Virus record (IMG/VR): IMGVR_UViG_2529293148_000011
DNA length: 9,637 bases
Direction: 5' to 3' (one strand)
DNA from: a virus
Taxonomy: Duplodnaviria; Heunggongvirae; Uroviricota; Caudoviricetes
This document shows, piece after piece, positions 4,598 to 9,637 of this stretch. The first letter of the stretch is position 1, and each line of letters opens with the position of its first letter. The notes beneath the pieces are model-generated. The model was not told the origin of the DNA and did not search any database. It was given only the letters and a program-made list of their open reading frames with translations. Made by a program: the position numbers and the translations under genes.

Positions 4598-6721
4598 TTA
4601 CTCGATGCGCACAAACAGGCAGATACGACCGGTTATTCCTTTAGAGTCCCTGACCCCGGATAGCGCCATATAACGCCCCGGGAAAGTGTACCCTGTAGCT
4701 CCTGCACTCGGTGCGGAATTGTAGGAGCCAACCCCAGGAGAAGATATTAAGCACGAAAGATTAACTCCGCCCAGTTGTGACCCCTGCACCACATCACCCA
4801 GGCCAATATTGATTTCTTTATCCCCGAAAGTTGTTCCGCGATAAACAGCCAGCACTGGAACACCCACTGCCGGGTATTTGAAATATGAGCCTGAGCCCGC
4901 CGTCCTGGACAGCAGGAAGGCCAGCGAATCGCCGTCGTAAATAATGGGGCTTACTGTTGCATTCCAGTTGTTTCCACTAAAGCGGTAAGTCAGGAAATGA
5001 ATACTATGCTCACCTTCGTAATACTGGTTAAAACACAGCAGTGTTTTGAATTTGCGTATTGTGTCCGACTCATCGTTATCAAAGGGCGACCACATCACAT
5101 CAATGATGCCGTTAAATTTCTTGGTGCCTACCAGCAGCATGGAAGAATCCGCAAGACTGACCGCATAACGCCCCGGCGTGGCCACTTTCAGCCATTCAAC
5201 AAAATCGGCCTGCCCGTTAAATGTCAGGGCTTCGGTGCTGGCAAATGCCTGACCGAACCCATGCATACCGGACAGTGCCAGCCTGCCCGGTGCGCGGTCG
5301 CGGATATAGCTCTGGGGTTCCATCGTAGCAGCAGCTTTCAGTCCAAGCTCCGTGCGCATGTCTCCAGGCGTGTTTCGTGACAGTAATAAGCGAGCCTTGT
5401 TGCTGCATGGAATTGCTTTTGCCTCAAAGTTATCACCAAAATAAAGGAGAGAGTTTTGTCCCACCCCTACCTTGCTGATATTGGTTAACGTATTGTTAAG
5501 CGGCTGTTTACCTGCCAGTGCTTTAGTAACCGTTGTCGCAAAGTTCGGGTCATTGCCCAGCGCTGCTGCCAGCTCGTTCAGCGTGTCCAGGGCTTCCGGT
5601 GACGAGTCAACCAGCGCAGCAAGCAGTTTGCGAACAAATGCCGCGTTCGCTGTTTCCAGACCGGCAGCATCGTCCGGTGGGGTTGGTGTGGTGGGTGTGC
5701 CGGTGAATGCCGGGCTGTCCAGCGGCGCTTTTGTTTTCGTCTCGTCCATGACGGTTTTGACGGCTTTTGGTGTGGCTGCCAGTTCCTCGCTGTCGTTGTC
5801 TGTATCACTACAGAGTTGCACCAGGCCTTTTTCTGTTGTGGAAGCATTGCTTCCCTTCAGGTCATCAACAATCCGTTGCGCCTCGTCCCTGTGCTGTTTC
5901 GCTTCCTGCGCATTGCCTGCGCTCGCATCCTGGCTGGCCTTCGCCTGCCGGGCGTATTCGGCAGCGTTATTTTCATGGCCCAGCGCAACATTTGCCGCAT
6001 TTTCTGCACTGGTCGCAGCCAAAGATGCTGCTTCCTTATACTGACTGGCGCGTCCGGCTGCATCAACCGATTCATTCCGCGCTGCCCCTGATGCCTGAGC
6101 ACTGTTTTCTGCCTCATTCGCAAAACGCTCTGCGTCATCACGGGCCGTTTCGGTTGCTGTCACATCCTGTGCAGTCTGTTGTGCGCTTCCGGCTGCATTA
6201 TCAGCGTGACTTTTTGCGTTCTGCTCGCTTTTTGCAGCCGCTTCGGCGCTCTGCTGTGCCTGATTTTTCAGCTCTTCTGCCTTATTTTTACTGTCAAGAG
6301 CAGAGGTCGCTGCGTTTGTTGCTGTATCCGCTGCCGACTCTGCTCTTTTACGGTCATCAGTGACCTGCTCTGACTGCCGGGTAACTGCATCCACCATTTC
6401 CTCAAAACGCTTCATCACCTCCGGACGTAAATCACCATCCTTTGGTGCATCCAGAAACGCGTTCAGTGTCCCAGGTGTGTCAGTCGGTGCCACATAAATA
6501 TCCCCGACACGGGTTGGCTGCCAGCCGTTACGGTTAAGCGCAACCTCGTAATACCCCGGCTCAGCCTCAATCACATAAGCACCGTTATTGTCCGTCACAC
6601 AAGTGGCGACAACGTGTGCCACAACGGTCGGACTGGTTCTTCTGGCCCGCAGTTCAATCGCACAATTTACGACAGGCTTACCCGCCCCGTCTTTCAGCAC
6701 ACCTGAAATCTTTACTGCCAT
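4598..6721 (-). CDS. stf: Side tail fibre protein (lambda Stf-like)
   Basis: N-terminus MAVKISGVLKDGAGKPV matches lambda Stf. A long Ala/Ser/Gln/Glu-rich shaft is followed by LAATPKAVKTVMDETKTKAPLDSPAFTGTP...LNELAAALGNDPNFATTVTKALAGKQP, a conserved Stf region. The likely start is ATG 6721..6719 (GGGG SD); the track's GTG at 6727 is two codons upstream. Confidence 0.9.
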   Translation of the reverse strand: MAVKISGVLKDGAGKPVVNCAIELRARRTSPTVVAHVVATCVTDNNGAYVIEAEPGYYEVALNRNGWQPTRVGDIYVAPTDTPGTLNAFLDAPKDGDLRPEVMKRFEEMVDAVTRQSEQVTDDRKRAESAADTATNAATSALDSKNKAEELKNQAQQSAEAAAKSEQNAKSHADNAAGSAQQTAQDVTATETARDDAERFANEAENSAQASGAARNESVDAAGRASQYKEAASLAATSAENAANVALGHENNAAEYARQAKASQDASAGNAQEAKQHRDEAQRIVDDLKGSNASTTEKGLVQLCSDTDNDSEELAATPKAVKTVMDETKTKAPLDSPAFTGTPTTPTPPDDAAGLETANAAFVRKLLAALVDSSPEALDTLNELAAALGNDPNFATTVTKALAGKQPLNNTLTNISKVGVGQNSLLYFGDNFEAKAIPCSNKARLLLSRNTPGDMRTELGLKAAATMEPQSYIRDRAPGRLALSGMHGFGQAFASTEALTFNGQADFVEWLKVATPGRYAVSLADSSMLLVGTKKFNGIIDVMWSPFDNDESDTIRKFKTLLCFNQYYEGEHSIHFLTYRFSGNNWNATVSPIIYDGDSLAFLLSRTAGSGSYFKYPAVGVPVLAVYRGTTFGDKEINIGLGDVVQGSQLGGVNLSCLISSPGVGSYNSAPSAGATGYTFPGRYMALSGVRDSKGITGRICLFVRIE

Positions 6722-6732
6722 ATTCACCCCAC

Positions 6733-6758
6733 AAAAAAGCCCGCCTGAACCGGCGGGC
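6733..6758 (-). terminator. Rho-independent terminator downstream of lom
   Basis: On the - strand: GCCCGCC-GGTTCA-GGCGGGC followed by TTTTTT, between the lom stop (6786) and the stf start (6721). Confidence 0.65.
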
Positions 6759-6785
6759 TGTCATAACACTGTGTTACCTGGCTAA

Positions 6786-7397
6786 TCAGAACTTATAACC
6801 GACACCCACGATGAAACCGTCAGTGCGCCAGTCACCACTGCCGGAGCCTTCATAAGCAAGGTCAATAGTCACCGTTTCTGCCGGGCTGAACTGAAGACCC
6901 GCACCCCATGCCAGCGACAGGTGTCGTGCGGTATAGCCATCACTGGCGGTGGTCGTCTCCTTCACATACCCCGGTTTCAATTCATCACGTCGGTAATCCT
7001 GAACACTGTCAGACCAGCGGGTGTAAGCCATCCCAGCCGTGCCATAGAGACTGACCTGCTCACTGACCTGCCAGACAGGGCCGGCCATCAGACTCACATA
7101 ACGACCGCGCAGGCTTTCATAATGGAGCGTATTTTCACCCGTCTTCATCGTGTCGCTTTTTTTCGCCGACGCATAACTCAGCGAAACAATACCACCCGCA
7201 TGGTCCGTGAATTCATAACGGTATTTCACGTTAATCCCTTTTAAATCACCTGTACGGGCACCGGTACCGGACAATGCCGGCACGCCGCCCGGGTGAACCT
7301 GAGCATATCCCACGGAAAACGCACCGTGTCCGACTTCAGCCTGCGCAGGAAGGGCCATTCCTGCCAGAAAAGCGACAAAAAATAAAATATGGCGCAT
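6786..7397 (-). CDS. lom: Lom-like outer membrane protein (Ail/Lom/PagC family)
   Basis: 203 aa with a signal peptide (MRHILFFVAFLAGMALPAQA). The body and C-terminus (LAYEGSGSGDWRTDGFIVGVGYKF) closely match lambda Lom as recalled. SD GAGAGG precedes the ATG. Confidence 0.9.
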   Translation of the reverse strand: MRHILFFVAFLAGMALPAQAEVGHGAFSVGYAQVHPGGVPALSGTGARTGDLKGINVKYRYEFTDHAGGIVSLSYASAKKSDTMKTGENTLHYESLRGRYVSLMAGPVWQVSEQVSLYGTAGMAYTRWSDSVQDYRRDELKPGYVKETTTASDGYTARHLSLAWGAGLQFSPAETVTIDLAYEGSGSGDWRTDGFIVGVGYKF

Positions 7398-7421
7398 GAT
7401 TACCTCTCGTTTTCAGTCAAT

Positions 7422-7445
7422 AAAAAAGGCACCGCTTCGGGTGCC
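7422..7445 (-). terminator. Rho-independent terminator between J and lom
   Basis: On the - strand: GGCACC-CGAAGC-GGTGCC stem-loop followed by TTTTTT, 20 nt 3' of the J stop. Confidence 0.55.
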
Positions 7446-7464
7446 CCTCCGGGTTAATAAATCG

Positions 7465-9637
7465 TCAGCTGATACTGATTCCTGCCGTGGATTTTTTCAT
7501 GACCACCACCAGTAAATCGCTGATGTACGTTGTCGGCGTCCATTTGTTCGCGCCGGTCGACGACACATTAAACGTCAGGGTGACATGACCCCGTCCTGCC
7601 GGCATATCTATCACCGATGAGAACACCCGGCTGACATCCGTTGCCGGTTCATGGAAAATCTCAGCCCCGTTTTTAAACACCTGCAGCTTGCAGGTGGAAT
7701 ACCAGTATGACTGTTGGTTATGACTGTTGAAATTCTGGTGTTTCGTACCACGAAATAATACCGGCGGAATGATAATCTGCCGGTCGAATCCCTGATCATC
7801 ATAAACCGTGACGGTTATAGTGCCACTGGCATAACTTCCATTTCGCGGGAAAGCCTTACCCACCGTTTTGACAATATCGCCTTCAATCTGGCTGGCTGAC
7901 AGTTTTCCAAGGATCCGGCAGTTCTGATTAATCGTGACGTTGTTGAGCGTCCCGGAATTCGCATTCACGTTACCGCTGATATCAGCATTTCTCGCCGTCA
8001 GCCGCCCGTCCGGTGTCATGGAGAATGCCGGAGGATTACCGGATGACGTGATGCTCACCGCAAATAGTCGCTTCAGGAACACGTCGTTCATGAACAGCTG
8101 ATTCCCCTGCGCCACAAACAGCGGCGTGGTGTTACCGTTCTCCGGGGTAATCATCGCAATGCGATCGGCCTGCAGCAGAATGTTACTCAGGGTCTGACCA
8201 TCAACATCCTCAATCCCTGCACCAATACCGGCCACATAGGGAATACCGTTTTTTGTTTTCTGCACCTTCAGCATATACATGGCATTCAGCTCATTGCGCG
8301 TGTCTGACTGAACCCGCTGGATTTGCTGTATGGTCACGGCCTGGTCACCCAGCTTTTTATCCGTGGTCGAGGTAATTTCACTCCCTTTTTTATCCACGTA
8401 CTGGCGGACCTGTGCTATCTGTCGGGCGTTTTCTGACTGCCCCTGGCTGACAGTCTGTGAGATTTCACTGCTCACCCGGTCCACTTTCTGGTTCACCTGC
8501 GCGATGGCCAGTGCCTGGTCCTCATTCTTTTTCGCAACCAGCTGCGTGAGAGTGTTTTCCGCCTTCCCGATTTTCCGGGTCACTTCTGCGATATCCGTGT
8601 CCATCCGCTGACGGATGTCTTCTTCCAGTTGCGTGACCTCCGTACGCAGCGCTGAAGCATCAATGCGCTCTTTCAGTGCCTGACCAAGAAGCGTCTCATC
8701 TATCAGCCCCCGGAAAATTTCCAGATACCCTTCACCATCATTGCTGGGCTGCCCGCTGGCTTCCACAAAAGCAGATTTTCCCACCAGGTTGACGCTTCGC
8801 ACGTAAAACCAGAAATCCGTCCCCGGCTTAATCCGGCTCCCCTGGACAGTCCACTGACTGCCGGCCCCCAGATAACGGGCAGATTTTTCCACCTGTGCTG
8901 TGTTCGTGATGCGTTTTTCTGAGAACCAGAATTCAAACTGTACCGTCGGGTCATACACCGCAAGACGCGGGACCGCCGTTATCTGAAAATACCCCGGCGT
9001 CAGCTCAATGGTGGCGGGTTTTGCAGGTGCGTTAATCCGGAAGGTGGTGGTGGCAGGATCGCCCTGCTGTCCCCACGCATTTACCGCCCGGACTGTCAGC
9101 CTGTAGTTCCCCAGCGCCAGTTGTGTGAAGCGGTAAGTGGTTTCCGTCGTCCGGGCCGTGCTGACCAGCCGCTCACTGCCGTCATCCGCTGTTACAGTCA
9201 GGCGAAGCAGGAAGCTCACGCCCTTCACCACCTTCGGCGTGTCCCAGCGGGCCAGTACCTGATACTCCCCGCTGTCTGCAGTGACTTCGGCAGTCAGGTG
9301 CTGCACCGCTGGCGGCGTGACACCATTCACCGTGCCGCTCTGGTCGCCGTCAAAGTGCGCCCCGTTATCCACGATGGCTTCTTTTTCCGGTACATGCTGC
9401 ACGGCAGTGATGGCATGCGTGCCGTCATCGTTCTCACGAATACTCACACAGCGGAACAGGCGCTGGCGCAACGTCGGCAGCTTCAGCCCCCATACGCTGT
9501 ATTCAGCAACACCGTCAGGAACACGGCTCACTTTTACCTTCACGCCGTCGGTGACGGACTGAACCTCCACGCTGACCGGATTGCCACTTCCGTCAACCAG
9601 GCTTATCAGCGTGGTACCGGAGGATGGCAGCGTGATT
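7465..9637 (-). CDS. J: Host specificity / central tail fibre protein J (C-terminal ~720 codons; 5' end lies beyond the window)
   Basis: The frame is open from the window edge (9637) to the stop at 7465. A long beta-rich protein immediately upstream of lom-stf-tfa, as in lambda. The C-terminus ...[14 protein letters not shown] is in the receptor-binding region. Confidence 0.9.
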   Translation of the reverse strand, partial: ITLPSSGTTLISLVDGSGNPVSVEVQSVTDGVKVKVSRVPDGVAEYSVWGLKLPTLRQRLFRCVSIRENDDGTHAITAVQHVPEKEAIVDNGAHFDGDQSGTVNGVTPPAVQHLTAEVTADSGEYQVLARWDTPKVVKGVSFLLRLTVTADDGSERLVSTARTTETTYRFTQLALGNYRLTVRAVNAWGQQGDPATTTFRINAPAKPATIELTPGYFQITAVPRLAVYDPTVQFEFWFSEKRITNTAQVEKSARYLGAGSQWTVQGSRIKPGTDFWFYVRSVNLVGKSAFVEASGQPSNDGEGYLEIFRGLIDETLLGQALKERIDASALRTEVTQLEEDIRQRMDTDIAEVTRKIGKAENTLTQLVAKKNEDQALAIAQVNQKVDRVSSEISQTVSQGQSENARQIAQVRQYVDKKGSEITSTTDKKLGDQAVTIQQIQRVQSDTRNELNAMYMLKVQKTKNGIPYVAGIGAGIEDVDGQTLSNILLQADRIAMITPENGNTTPLFVAQGNQLFMNDVFLKRLFAVSITSSGNPPAFSMTPDGRLTARNADISGNVNANSGTLNNVTINQNCRILGKLSASQIEGDIVKTVGKAFPRNGSYASGTITVTVYDDQGFDRQIIIPPVLFRGTKHQNFNSHNQQSYWYSTCKLQVFKNGAEIFHEPATDVSRVFSSVIDMPAGRGHVTLTFNVSSTGANKWTPTTYISDLLVVVMKKSTAGISIS

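Noticed and set aside
5425-5465. TTATCACCAAAATAAAGG... inside stf considered as the missing partner crossover site
   Set aside because: It matches only the TTATC start and does not contain the AAAACC/GGTTT half-site core, and stf shows no constant/variable boundary there.
4997-6798. Many ORFs on both strands inside stf, including the Ala/Ser/Leu-rich 5472..6044 and 5767..6363
   Set aside because: They are artefacts of the GC-rich, Ala/Gln/Ser-rich shaft coding region of stf. They show low complexity, have no independent starts with SD, and overlap a strongly supported gene.
6921-7244. Plus-strand ORF antisense to lom
   Set aside because: It lies wholly within lom on the opposite strand and has no features of its own.
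7611-9562. ORFs 7611..7802 (-), 8330..8611 (+), 8703..8963 (-) and 9281..9562 (+) inside J
   Set aside because: They sit inside the long uninterrupted J frame, out of frame or antisense.
1-9637. CRISPR arrays, tRNA or rRNA genes
   Set aside because: There are no regularly spaced repeat-spacer arrays or cloverleaf-compatible tRNA-like segments. The only repeats are the arm-type motifs and the tfa 3' duplication.

Overview
This window is a mosaic lambdoid phage or prophage segment with three parts. (1) 55-1411, + strand: an overlapping xis-int pair of the lambda/e14 type, followed by an attP-like non-coding region (1412-1720) with direct arm-type repeats flanking a small inverted repeat. (2) 1819-4008: a decayed accessory region. 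It holds a tfa 3' remnant, an intact class I SAM-dependent methyltransferase, a pin invertase pseudogene fused to a second tfa 3' end, a Din-family (gix/pix-like) crossover site, an orphan tail-fibre C-terminal segment, and a fragment of an MFS transporter gene. (3) 4009-9637, - strand: an intact tail-tip and fibre module, J (5'-truncated by the window edge), lom, stf, tfa, with two rho-independent terminators around lom. I found no rRNA, tRNA or CRISPR array. I do not see a convincing novel multi-gene system. The most interesting content is the fossil tail-fibre inversion switch, the methyltransferase cargo bracketed by duplicated tfa 3' ends, and the apparently intact attP next to int in phage-genome gene order. 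All calls come from reading the sequence and the supplied ORF translations; no database search was run, and family assignments rest on recalled motifs.
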